From Lingula anatina (lineage: Eukaryota > Animalia > Brachiopoda), in the NCBI GenBank assembly GCA_051362555.1, contig CM120646.1, forward strand, positions 19,406,001 through 19,470,000: 64,000 bases of DNA, given 5' to 3'. The notes beneath the pieces were generated by a model. That model had not been told where the DNA came from, searched no databases, and saw only the letters and a list, made by a program, of their open reading frames with translations. This document shows positions 50,040 through 63,100 of the stretch, in pieces; the first letter of the stretch is position 1; each line of letters begins with the position of its first letter. The translations under genes were made by a program, and so were the position numbers.

Positions 50040-51822
50040 AATGCGCACAGGCATACCATACGTGCACATATACCAAACTGAAAAGGCTCGTTATCTTTTT
50101 TTAACCAAAAGTGAAACTAAACCGTTTTTTTTTTAGTTTTCATATAAGTCCTTTATTTTGTGAATATCTTATTGCGACGCCATAGCCAAAATAGATCAGC
50201 CGTGTTTGCTGTATCCTGTTTTCGTACAGTCGGCACATCAGGAAACGGAATTTTTAAAGCCAAAGCGACGCCCCTCGTTGGTACGGCTTCCCCCCGTCGG
50301 AGCGCATAAATTGTGAAATACGGCGCACCTGTCAGCATCATAATCAGTAATGATTTATCACATGTCTATTTTCATTGTAAATTATAGCCATAAAATTGCA
50401 AATCACGACCTTTGGATTTCATCAAGTTTACGATGTCTCTTCGCCTGAATTCATAAATAAAAAAACAGCCAGTTGGTTTGGCTTTTTTATCTTTATTTAT
50501 TGTTTAACTTTGTCTAATTTCTGTCCCATCATTTGCATTTAAGTACTTAAGGAAAAAGCACAAATAAAAATAGAAACGGAATCATTCTGGTTTTGATAAA
50601 GTTCCGCCATAGATAACTACATGTACCAACAACACACAAACATGAACACGTAGCTGTGCTACCGGTAACTCCTACACCAGAACTGTCTTTTTCGGTAAAT
50701 ATATTATCGTTACTTTTGATTGGATTGTAATTGAAATGTTCTTTTAGAATTCTACCCCCCCCCCCCCCCCACAAAAAAAATTACTTTCAATTGAAGGACG
50801 AACCTGTTTGATGTACATTTATATCTTTTTTTCTTTTTATATCTTTTTTATCTACGTTAACTGTTTTTATTACTTCTAACCACTCTGTTGAGATTTACTA
50901 AAGGAGCAGGCCACAGTAATAGGCCAATTCTTTGAAATCGGTATTAAGTATTTTCTGATTATACAGTAAGATACAATTTACGAGGAGTTGACAACTCATA
51001 TCTATCATATTATTATATTAATACATTTTATCTGTATATATTATAGCCTTAAAATGCATCTGTGAACAATAGAGGGCGGTCGCGAAAGGTCGTAGAGTAG
51101 CAAACCACAAAATCCACTACTGTCTCACATGTCGCTACATCCGTGTTTAACGCAAGATACGTCACTTCCGGCTCATTAGCAAGAACGAGGTGCACAGTTT
51201 AGGCCTATGCCCTGCAGCGGCGAAAAGTGGAGAAATCGAATGTTTTTATCTAGCTTTCATACCCTTTTCAATATCATAGAAATATTTGAGCCGATTATTA
51301 CTCTATAGTTTCAATCTTGCTATTTTGGTACAGACACAATCATGAAGTTTGACATTTTCCCCGCAAACGAAGGAGGTTGTTTTTCGGTGTTGATTTGTCT
51401 GTTTGTTAGAGAACAGCATATCTCTAAGTTTTCTTTACCAATTTTGCTGAAATTTTCTAGACAGAAAAGAAATTAAAACAGTTTCTACTTAATCTGCTTT
51501 AATTATTTAGGGAGGTCAATATATGGTTCCACTATATTTAAAACCAATAGATCTCCGAATCCCTAGTGTTTTGATTGAGAGTATTTATTCTTTTCATTTT
51601 TCCATGATTATACATTTTATTTTTAATTCCAGCGAGGAAAATGCATAAAAATGGTAACTACATGAAAACCGGACCAATGTCGGCAATTTGGATATAACAG
51701 TATAGATACCTTGACTGATATTGAACTAAATAGTCGTAAAGGATTTATTTCGTCATGATGAACAAAAATGTTATAATAGAAAATCCTGATCTCTCTTCGA
51801 GACACCATGCAGATCCTCAGCG

Positions 51823-54800
51823 TTATGAGGTCCTATAGTAACGGGATGCGAGCTCCATCAAACACTGCTCCGCATCGATGCACTGATCTTTGTGCACGTA
51901 TGGTATATCCCGCGGGCACGCGCAACGTTGCACGCACTGCTTCGTGCAGCTAGGGCGTGGGTTAGTGCAGGTTCTAGGGCACGCACTAGCGCAGCTCTGA
52001 AACACCCGTCCGCCAGTGCATGTAGGAGGAGCTAGGAAATAAAATCGTAACGTCTGTAAGTGTTTTCAAATACATTGCTTACATGCCCGGTACATGCCCT
52101 GGTATATTAAATGACTCACAACATGTTGACGGATCCAGAGATGAGCATTAAGGGGCACGTGCACCCTTCCCCCACCCCAACCCCCGTCCCACCATCTTTG
52201 GATGTACCCCGATCATACTTAAATACAGTATTACAAAAAAAAACGAGAAAGAACTGAACATGTGGAACAGGCCCTACTCGCTTTACGTATATACCACAGT
52301 AAAATTGCCCTCTTCAACTATTCCATATCTTTTTTATCCTCGTGCCCCCCTCCGCCGCCCCTTATCAAAACTCTGAATCCGCCAGTGCTTGTATTCTTTT
52401 CTGTTCAAAGCTTATTGCCGATTGAAAAATATGGGCTTCAGTATATTATTTTACAACATTTTATATACTCGTTTATATATATATATATATATATATATTT
52501 TATACATAATGTCTTAATGACGATATTCACAAATCGGAATCAGAAAAATAAAAAGTACTTCATACGACTTATGTTTGATAGCCATTGTTACCGTTGCCAA
52601 AAAATACAATAGGCCCTATGTTAAAAACTGTCATGTATAAGTGTAGACCAGTTTCATTAGCTATGTTATTATAATATTGGATGGTAAGATCAAACTAATA
52701 TAAATAGCTATAGACAAAAGAATCTTCACAAGTCTGTCATGTATAAGGCCTCTACCAGTTTAATCGAGATACACGCCCTCTATCGAGCGGCATACTTACT
52801 AGGGACAGGCACACACTGTGCCATGGGTGAAGGACACGGCGCTCGAATACATTGAATCGCAACCTCCCGGCAAACGTAGCCATCAGGGCATCCCAAATCC
52901 TGTGGAAATATGTGGTTATTTATGACATGAAATAATCCAAATACTTTCTTTCAGTATATCATTCTGTAAACCATTATAATTCCCTGACTAAGAATACAAA
53001 TGTTCTTTTTCGTTTATTTATTTTCATTTCATTTTTTTTTTCTCATATAATACATGTGTAAGACAATACAATTTCGTGAAAGCGAGCTGGAGGAAACTCT
53101 CTGACTATGTACTTATAAAAAGAAAATCAAATATTAAAATATTTGATCAAAAACGATAAAGTTTATCTATTTGATATCTTTTTTCAGTTAAGCTGATTAC
53201 AATTTACACTATTTAGTAGCAATTACTTACGCTGCAGGTGGGTGTCGTGGTCGGGGTTGGCTCTGTGGCGTCTGGTCCTAAGTCCAGTTCACAGGTGCCT
53301 GTTTCGCCATTTACAACACACTTCATACCTGGCTGACAGAGTTTTAACTGAAAAAAATTTTTTTTAATTACATATATGCATTTACGTAGTAGTGGCCAGA
53401 CATACTATCGTAAACTTTTGCTCCTCTATATGATTGAAAGAATAAAAAATGTGTCCAGCTCTAGACTATTGATTCTCCTTTGAAGAAGTTTCTTCAAATA
53501 ACGAAAAATCGGCGAAACAAAGAAAGACACGCGGAGATTTACATGTACTTACATAGCATGGGTTTCGCACACACGTTGGTCCGTCTGGAAACTCCACACA
53601 CATCTCATGCGGTTCACAATTCATGTTCTGCAAAATAACAATGCCTGATTACACATTAATCGAAGTCTTCAGCTGGGAAGAGATAAAGGGTGGCCTTTAT
53701 AATGATCACTGGCGGATCCATGGCTCGGGGGGGGGGGGGAGGGGGGGGGAGGCACAATGAAGACTCGATGTGGACCAGTAAACGAGGCCAATTTCTTCTA
53801 TAATGTGTAGGGCACGGGGATGGAAAATTTGTGCGTTTTATTTTTCTTCGTCTTTTTGCTTACTACATTATTTTGTTGAGAGAGAGAAAGGGGTATCACT
53901 AAAGCTAAGTGGCAGGTAATCCCCTTACTCTCCTCCTCCTCCCGATCCCCCACTGTACTAAATTATGAGGCATATCAAAAGTATATCGATATGAAAAAAA
54001 ATGTACCAATGTATATTTCGCCAGGTGTCGCTAGTGTGAATTCAGTCCTTCCACAGTCGCCATGTTGGATATTGTATACGTTGGACTGTGGTACTGGCCT
54101 TAATAAACATGCCTCAGTATTGTTGTTTACCTGAATGTCAAAGTCGGCAAGGTGGGCATAATTTTCTTGAGGATTCAGGGCTTCGTTTGAAGTGAAGGGT
54201 TGCCCATGTCAACACACCTTCCATGTTAAAGGGTCAGTTACAACTTGACCCAGGAACAGTAATTAGGCCCCTAAAGATAGACGAGTTGCCTCAAAAAGAA
54301 TACACGTAAAAAGGTTAATTGATCTTGGCAAAACTTATAAAGTTTTGGAAAGAGAGCTCCATAGCAAGAAAGTGCCCCTAGGAAGTATGATTTATCAAAG
54401 TGCGTTTTCTTATGTCCGTAATTTCAGAAGAGTTGTCAGTAAATATATATAAGTCCCGGTAGCCTACTACCCGCATAAGGTTGTGTTATTAAGTAATATC
54501 CTTTTTTTGTTGTTGTATTGAGCATGACCGGTAATGTTAATTAAATAATTATTTTTATTTAAAATCATTATTCAGTACCTCGTAAGAATCATAAAACTAG
54601 GTATAGTTAGATAATTTATTTGTTCATGTATAGATCCAATTTCTCAGCCAATGGAATAATGCATGTTTGGAAATCTTTTTGTAACAGTTTAAGAAATAAA
54701 ATTTAAAGAAAGAAAACATTTTATAAATGAACAGTTTTTGTTCTTTTTTTACAAAATAGCACTTCTGAATTGTTTTACTTGAGTAGAAACACCATATTAT

Positions 54801-57800
54801 TTCATCACTCTGAAAATTCATTAAAAAGCAGCAAAACCAAATATTTTATTTAAACAAAATAATTATTCAGTCCATAGTAAAAACCATGAAACCATGTAAT
54901 ACTTAGATAATTTATTTGTGCTATAACTTTCCTGAATATATAGCTGCAATTTCTCAGCCAATGGATTACTGTAGGTATGGAAAACTTTTTGTAACAGTTT
55001 AAGAAATAAAAATTAAAGAAAGCAAACATTTTACAAATTAACACAGTTTTTTGTTCCTTTTTACAAAATAGTACTTATGAATTATTTTACTTGAATAGAA
55101 CCACCACATTATGTCATCACTTTGAAAATTCTTTAAAAAGCAGAAAAACCAAATTATTTGCTGTAAATACAACTAGAAATTTATTTCATCCCACTAAAAT
55201 ACTTTACAAAATAGCATCATGGTTTTTTTTTCATTACAGTTAAATATTATTAAAAACAGCATAAACACATAAGTACTTTTTGTAAAGAATATAGCACCAC
55301 CAAATTATTTCATTTTAGTGAAAACATTTTTTAAAATTGCACTTCAAAATTATGATTGCAGCAAAAACCATCTCATACAGGGGTACTTTCTATAAACTGG
55401 TTGACACATACTTCCTATAGTGTTTTTCATTAAAAAAAGTTAGCCTGGGCAAAATACATGTAGAAAAATATCCAGCGTCAGAATGAATCAACCCCACAAA
55501 CAGATCTTTGTAAACACAGCAAAATAGCAGAATGGGCGATTTGTAATGAACATCTGGCCTTCTAACTTAGTATAGTATTCGCGGGTTTTCTTTAGGCCCA
55601 GATTCGTGCACGAGATACACATTCCAAAAAGGGGAAATCGGGTCCGGGTCCAACTGTCATGTGTCTGCAATGGTTTTGGACACAACAATTATTCATACAG
55701 TTTGTTCATATACTTCTTCTCTGTAGCTGACATTATCTCTCCAAATCTGGAAGCAGTGATCCGCCATTGTCTCTCCTTGTGTCAGATTGCGCTCTTTCCT
55801 TGTTGTAACTTGCTATGCTCAGTGTCCTTGGCTGTTTGTTCCTCAACCTGAAATAGTCATATCCCATTAAAGCATGGTAGATGGTTACAGCATTAAATAG
55901 TTAAGATACAATTTTATATTTCTGTGATGTCACACATCACCTAGTTTGATAATTCTTTCTCATATTTGGGCCTGATTCTTAATATTAGACCTCTGTTTTC
56001 ACTTACATCATTCCATCTATCCATGCATTATTGTTTTCATGGCACTTGGCAATAGTTGTTGTCCATCACAGCCGCCTGTAAGTCAGCTTTAGGGTAGGCA
56101 TAACTGGTGGCTACATCAATCTTTGCCGCTGATGTGAAGTGACGGGTAAGATTCCTGAAGTAATCATTTTATCCTGCTCTTGAAGTTGGCTGTCCTGGGG
56201 TCCTGAAATCGACAGTTTCAGGCTTTGCCCCCAATATATGGGCCTTCTTTGGGTAACCTTATAAAGAAAAAAAATAAGTACATTTACTAAGTATAAAAAA
56301 TCTTCGTCTTTCGTGCTACTAAAACAAAATATGAGCGTAGGCCTACTCGTACCTACAGTAGTCTACATGTACATAACATGTCAGATTTGACACACACACA
56401 CCTCGACTAATGTTCGATTTTTTTCAAGGAAAATAGTTAGCATTCGTGTTTTTCAAGCACTAAATGAAAAGAAAACACATACCTTTCAGTCAATTCACAT
56501 TTTCATCCAGATGTTATGGCACCACATTCAAGTAAATTGCGTTTGAGTTGGTTCACTGTCAGCGACGCGTGCACAGGCTCCATGTTAAACTCTGGTGTAA
56601 AGCCGTGAGCGAGATTCTGCGAGATTTAAGAAGGACTGCTTTCACCCCCACGCCATCTAGCGGCAGACCCTTAAAGCGGGTATTCCCCATTTAACAATAA
56701 CTTAAATCAAAGGAAAATTGTACTCAATTTAGAAGTCATTGTGGATACCTTAATAAGCTTTAAAAATATTAAATTATGAAAACTGTACAGAACTATAAGA
56801 GCCATACCGAGCACTTCCTAATAGTCATACAGTACGCCCCAAACACATTGGAATCCTTACACTGCTGGTGTGGCAGACATTGTTTCAGCTGAAAATATTC
56901 AAAAATCATCATAATATTTGCAATTAGGCCTACTACTCTATCACTGTTAATCAACCTGCGTTTAAACAAGAAATGGAAAAGATCCGATTTACGTGACTGG
57001 ATGAACCGGATGAACTTATAACAGTTTTTTGACACAAGTTGAAACAAATTCAGCGACTTCGGTCGAGGTTTCAGCGTCTCTTTTTCCTCATGTCTCTACA
57101 GAGTCACCTTTTACAAGTCACACTCAAACACAGTTTTCCTTCTTCAAAGTTCTTTTTCTGCAATCAACAAAGCAGGAATGAAATGCGTTGATCTATTGCT
57201 AAAACAGTGGTGTAGACTAGAAAGAAACGACCCCAGATATATATGTGGTTTACAGCCTTAGCTTCTACAGGTCAGCCATTTCACCCAGCCGCTTATCTTA
57301 CATGTGCAGTCGCCACAATGAACATGCCCGTATTAAAACAACTCTTCTCGACCCAAACCTACTCTCTGCCAGATGATTTTGTACACGTAGCTGTTGCAAA
57401 ATTGGAGAAAGACTTTTTCATCCAATTATGTAACAGCTAGAAAAAATAATGCTGTTCAAACCGAAGGTTTTTTTGACGGCACAGAATAGCGTAAGGAGTC
57501 AGTCATGAAATTATGTATACACGTGCGCGTCTGTCTCTTTGCAAATTATACCATTATCCGCTTTTTTTCTTTATAAAGGAAACTCTTTTACCGCTAGCTA
57601 CCAGCAAGAATTATGATAATAGTAATAATATAACAGTCTATTACTTAAGGATAGGCCCTTACTTGACACGTGTCGTAACAACGTCTGTACAGCTTGGTGC
57701 AGGATTGTCCCGGCCGGCAATGACGCTGTAAAATATGTGTTCAAGAAAATGGCTGGTAATTAATGACAACGAATATCATAAATATACTGTATGTACAGTT

Positions 57801-58535
57801 GTGTTGCTTTAGGGCTATTCCCATTGAAACTATCGGTCTACGTAGATAGTTTCATTGGCAATGGGCCCTTACATAGCTAAACATCATTGGCTGATCCAAC
57901 GGACGCCACAGCTGCCCTGAGCTTCGAAAGTACCCTCTTCTTCGATCCTCCATAAAGTAAGTTGTATATTTGACGAGCAAAACGACACAAAATCTAATTT
58001 CTTTCATTCCTTTGCTTTATACATTTCACTGCTAAAAATTTTTTGTCCCAATTCACCACCCAACTCTTCTATAATATTCATTCAAATACTGTTTGTATTA
58101 ACGGACCAGTGTACTTTATTGTGGTGAAGGTATAAAATGAAAAAACTATTTTGAAGACATTTTATAATTTTCTAACCTGCCCATAGTGGAGATTTTTAAA
58201 GGTCTACTAAATGTCAAATGTTAATGAATAAGTAATTTAGTTGAATATGATTAATATTGCTAGGTCCAGTACTTACGCATCGGTCACGCTGGGCCTGTAA
58301 GAGATAAAATACTTAATTAGGACTAGTAATATGTTATGAAATTGATAATATTTTGATCGTCATGGGTCAATCCCCTTTTTCCTGAGATGTCTATAAACAA
58401 TGACTTGAGAGAGAGAGAGAGGGAGGGAGGGAGGGAGGGAGAGATGAACAGAGAGAAAAATAACATCAGTCTCACCTCTCCAGCGCTCAGCACTGACATT
58501 ACTAAAACCAAGGTCAACCCAACATATGCTACCAT
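51823..58535 (-). CDS. Secreted Cys-rich protein G (~240 aa): signal, FOLN-like modules, Thr/Pro linker, C-terminal TIL; exons 58476-58535, 58277-58294, 57663-57725, 56808-56888, 53553-53627, 53231-53347, 52800-52899, 51823-52031
   Basis: MVAYVGLTLVLVMSVLSAGE | AQRDRC | RHCRPGQSCTKLYRRCYDTCQ | LKQCLPHQQCKDSNVFGAYCMTIRKCS | NMNCEPHEMCVEFPDGPTCVRNPCY | LKLCQPGMKCVVNGETGTCELDLGPDATEPTPTTTPTCS | DLGCPDGYVCREVAIQCIRAPCPSPMAQCVPVP | TPPTCTGGRVFQSCASACPRTCTNPRPSCTKQCVQRCACPRDIPYVHKDQCIDAEQCLMELASRYYRTS*. Splice sites and phases are consistent. Confidence 0.88.
54231..56670 (-). mobile_element. Decayed DNA transposon with SAP and YqaJ-like (lambda-exonuclease fold) remnants; Kolobok- or ISL2EU-type
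   Basis: Ends GGGTC...GACCC with TTAAA on both sides. Minus strand 56483-56565 reads SLTVNQLKRNLLECGAITSG*KCELTER (SAP motif); 55733-55847 reads VEEQTAKDTEHSKLQQGKSAI*HKERQWRITASRFGEIM (YqaJ motif I). In-frame stops are present. Confidence 0.7.
54550..55155. repeat. Tandem ~300-bp duplication inside the transposon
   Basis: 54550-54845 aligns with 54846-55155 (ttagataatttatttgt, caatttctcagccaatgga, tttttgtaacagtttaagaaataaaa). Confidence 0.85.
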
Positions 58536-59940
58536 GTTCGAAGCTTTTCGTGTTGTGGTCCACAAAAATTCAGTTATACGCTCTGGGTGCTGTTTATAAC
58601 TTAAATGCACACTTTAACTCCGTCCTAGATTTATAAGTGCAAAAATAAGTTCGTTCAACTCGCTTGTAATCAACCGTGTCCGGGACAAACAGGATCTCGT
58701 TTCAGGATATCCGGAAGGGAGTGTATTAGCTGCGGGTCGTACAGCATTATTAATCATCCCACACTATAGGTGCTTCTGTCCGTATTTGATAAACAGTTTG
58801 TGGCTGGCATGTCTGTCAGATGGTCAGTTTGAGTGGATATTTTGTTAACCAGCGTGGCTTTCCTATCGTCGCTCCTGGGGATGGTCTAACAGTATATGCG
58901 ATATATTAATAGTAGTCGGTGGGCGTTCAGACTGTCATTTTTCGGTGCCTAGATGCATACTTTATATGTATGAAATGCTCCAAAGCCATACATTTTATGG
59001 ATAGATATCATGTAGAGTTTCTTATCTTACCCAGTTCAGACGTTGAAAACGCTCATACTCTTCAAATAAAAATACCTGATGTTGATATTTCTTTCTGAAA
59101 TACCAGGAAGATGTATATCGGCCTTAATGAATCATGATTCGTTTAAAACTAAGTTAATTAATTAGACTGTAGTACGTGTATTAACCATCGAATCTGAGTG
59201 CAGGAACAGGTAGAACATAGAAACCATAGAGTGAAGTAGTCTAAAGGAGAAAACTGCCCTATTTATATAGATTGGGTGTGAACATCCCGTATAGAAGCCC
59301 TTTAATCGTAACATCAATTCCTGATTGAGCGCGTGGTTTTTGAAACTAAGGGTGCGTTCACAATGAAACTATCGTCCTAGGTAGTGCGAACTAACGACAC
59401 TGGGACTTTTGCTGAATGCAATCAGATAAACAGATTAACACGCCAGGAAGTCTTATCTTCTGCTGTCTGCAAGTTTGTATCTACGCTTTTTATCCTCTTT
59501 AGTTAAAACTCCGCTTGTCACTCTGCCAAGCAATTTATTACAAACCCTTTGTTAATTTCGTTTCTGATGTAAGCTTTACAGCACCCGTATTCTCCCAAAT
59601 TATTAGCAAGTTATTAAAAGTCAAAGTTTAATTGGTTGCATTAGTACATTAGATTGATTACATGATTTTAGGAAGTTTCCTGACAATCATGATATCGTCA
59701 TTTCCTAAATTGAAAATGATAATAACGAGGACGTGATAATGACAATACACCATGAGTTTCAAAGGATACTGGAAACTCACCCCTCTACTATTATGCGAGT
59801 CCCATTTGGTGGAGGGGGGGGGGATTACCGTTGACTGGAAATAAAATCATCAGTTCACAAATAACAGTAAATAAAACTTAATTCATATCTCATTTAAAAT
59901 ACGTGTCGAAAATCCTGGATCACCGAGTATAATGACATTT

Positions 59941-60157
59941 AGGCTCTATTCCCATAGATTTTAGATCGATCTATCCCCGCGGGGAGTCTCACTGGATTAC
60001 TTTCAGATAATCCGACTTAAATGTCCGTCCCGCCTACTACAAGCTGTAAGGAGGTAATTAACTTTCGTGTCCGCCCGGCTGACAGCTATTTAGCGTGAAC
60101 CCCCAGGGAGTTAGGTCGATCTGAAGTAGGTCGATCTAATCTATGGAAATGGGGTGT
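59941..60157. mobile_element. MITE related to 6420-6665
   Basis: Imperfect inverted ends (ctattcccatagatt..agatcga ... tcgatctaatctatggaaatgggg) and an internal layout like the family. Confidence 0.55.
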
Positions 60158-63100
60158 AAGTTTCACGAAGGCCAAAGACTAAAAAGCCGCATTCGCGAGT
60201 CCCGGGGATGGGATGCTTCACGGATCACGCTAATTAATATGGAAGTTTCACGCATCTCGGGAAATAAAAAAAATTGCATTCGCGGTTAACAAAAATACCC
60301 CAAAATGACCCTCTATCAACATATCTCTGCCCTTTACAGTACGCAGCTTTTCAGTTTTGTCCTCTAAAACTCAGGGTGTTAAGATGCGATAACAGAGATT
60401 TATATAATTTCCTTTGAAATTGTGCATATATGAAATTATGGTGAAATGGGTTTTACGTGCGTAATGATGATAGGAAAATTAATCCTTTTTAAAGAGAAAA
60501 AACTGTTTTACCTATCATGAATGATAGAACTCACATCGAAAAAAATGTGAATAAAGCCCTTGGAAGAATACTCGTAACACTTTACATGTATACCGCATCG
60601 GTAGAAAACATGTTAAGTCTCTATAGAAATGGTAAATACAATTGAGGGTCCTATCCCCACCCCACCCCACCCCCTCTCTCTCTCTGTGTGAGTGTGTGTG
60701 TGTGTGTGAGTGTGTGTGTGATCTCAATCTCATTTAGGAACTTAATGAGTCGGCGATCAGCAAGATGCCTGGAATAACAAGAACCTACATAATACACCAA
60801 TTCCTTTAATCTTTATGATATGAAAATATAAAAATTGTTATTTTAATAATATAAAAATTAGCCAATCTAAACGCACTATCTACAGTATATATGGTACTAC
60901 CTTATTACGAATATAAGGTTTTATATGCAATTGCAATAGAAGTAATGACAAAGCTAAAAATGGGCATACTTAAAGCACATAAAATAACCCTGTTAATGTG
61001 TTACTGGGCATTTTAAACGTCCCCTCTTTTTAATAATTTCTCTTTTCTCTTGAATGTTTGACCTAGGATTCGACTCTTGAATTCTAGGTTTGACGGAAAA
61101 ATGGCACGTCATGATATCAATATCCGATCACTCCAGGCCTCAAACAGGATTGTGAAACCCCCACGTTCATTCTGTTTTCCAGCACATAACCTCATATATA
61201 TAATCGTACTTACGCATAGAACGTAATGCGTTATGATACTCTGCTCTTACCGTTAAACGTCAATTGCATCATGAATTCCACAAACCTTTGACGGATTTTT
61301 TTTTAAACAACACGTCTAAAATGACTTCACTTTGCAGACGACAATAGTTCAGGTACAAGTAGGAGAGCTGACCATTGTTACACTACGTATAAACTACACG
61401 AAATACGTAAAGACTTTTGGAGCATTCATTATTTTGTCGACCGAAATCCAGGAAGATATAGGGGCCTAGGCCTACTGGTAAACGGTTGCAACCGCAACAC
61501 ATTTTGCAACCAGTTTTTTTCTAAATCATTGAATTAAAATTGTTGAAATTCTCAGAAAAAAATGACAATTTTGTGATGTAAATGTTTTACAAGGATTGTT
61601 TAACCCAACAGGTCTCGGGTCTAAAATTTAACCGTTATAAGTGAGCGACCACACACCTGAATGCGTCGGAGCATTCGTACTGTCTCAATTAACACAATCA
61701 TTGGCATCGTTCTCCGGTCCTGTTCTTACTTTGTTCGACTGTGCGGATCTGCTTTGTAGGTAAATCACAGAAACCATAAATGAGAATTTCGCTTGAAAAT
61801 CAACCTAAAGTGATGTCTGTTTAACTTCTTACACACAAGTTTAACTTGATAGATCAATGCTTAAAGACAGGTAACACTGCAGACGCGTAAAAGCAATTTT
61901 TAAAGAGGTGGGGACGTGACCCTTAAAAAAACAGCAGCGGGGTATTCTCCACGGCCTCCTGCTTCCTGTGTTGAAGACTGATGTAGTTGAAAAGTTTCAA
62001 CTTTTTTAATCTAATTGTTTAAATTGTGTAAATTTAATTTTTTTAATCATTAAAATGTCTAAGATATGTATATACGTAGCCTATATTTAGCTACCCAGGA
62101 CTCACTATGGAACAGCGATATTTATATATACTGCAGCAAACCATACATGGCACTTTGTTAGTGTTATAGTAACATCAAATGTCTGAGAAAAAAACCTTCT
62201 AGGATACGGCCCAACTCCGAGCTTCACTTTCGATGAGTGCCAGACTTTTCGTTTTCAAACTCTACTCTCCACGCGTGCTCGTTATAAAAATGGTAGTCCT
62301 TAGTCCAGCGCTCCATACGATTAGTTGTGTTAAGGGTTTGTCGAAAATATTGGGGTCAGTACATGGGGCGAATGGCACCTATTATATGCAGAGCGATGGG
62401 ACATGGACTACGGTTCTTAAACGTACTGCATGCACCATCCTGTCACACGGTCTAATGTGTAAAAATTGGGAGATGGTAACGGCAGGTGCTTATTGATGGT
62501 AGAGAAGTGAGTTTCCAGGCACCTCTGTAACACGGTGCATATCTTCACAGAAGCTGTTTAATTATTTTTTTATCCATGTTCAAACTTTGGAGATTCTATG
62601 CTTTCTCTACGAGCGCTCCAGATGCCCAGATGCGTGCCTTGCTCCTTTTTTCATTCTTCTCAGTGAATCCAATTAGATAAAGTCTATCTGTCAAAAAGAT
62701 AATTATTGGGTGGAAAATAGGCGCAATGGAGTAATAGTTTTGTTCCTAGAGCAAGCATCAATACAAGGTAATTGTGTTTGATAAAAATCGTATTAATCCC
62801 CTCCACCTCCCTTTTAAGTCTATTAATCTTTGCCAATTGGGAGCTGGGCTCACCATTAAGACCAACAATGACACACAATTTATGGCTTTAATGAAAAATG
62901 AGTATATTATCATTCACGAGAGACGAGGGTGTAATATTATCTAATGCGTTTTCTTTGGACTAACAGCGTTAAATAGAGTCGCTCTATTAAAAAGACATTA
63001 AGGGGAAACGGTCGTAGAAAGAAATAGTCCGGTGGAACGGCAGGTTTGAAATGGGAAGGGGGCGTAGTGGGGGGGGGGGTGTAGAAAGGCTTCACGGACA

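Noticed and set aside
54007-54130. Open AG/GT-bounded segment in gene G intron (a similar one at 57302-57390)
   Set aside because: Wrong phase for the neighbouring phase-0 exons and no Cys-module pattern.
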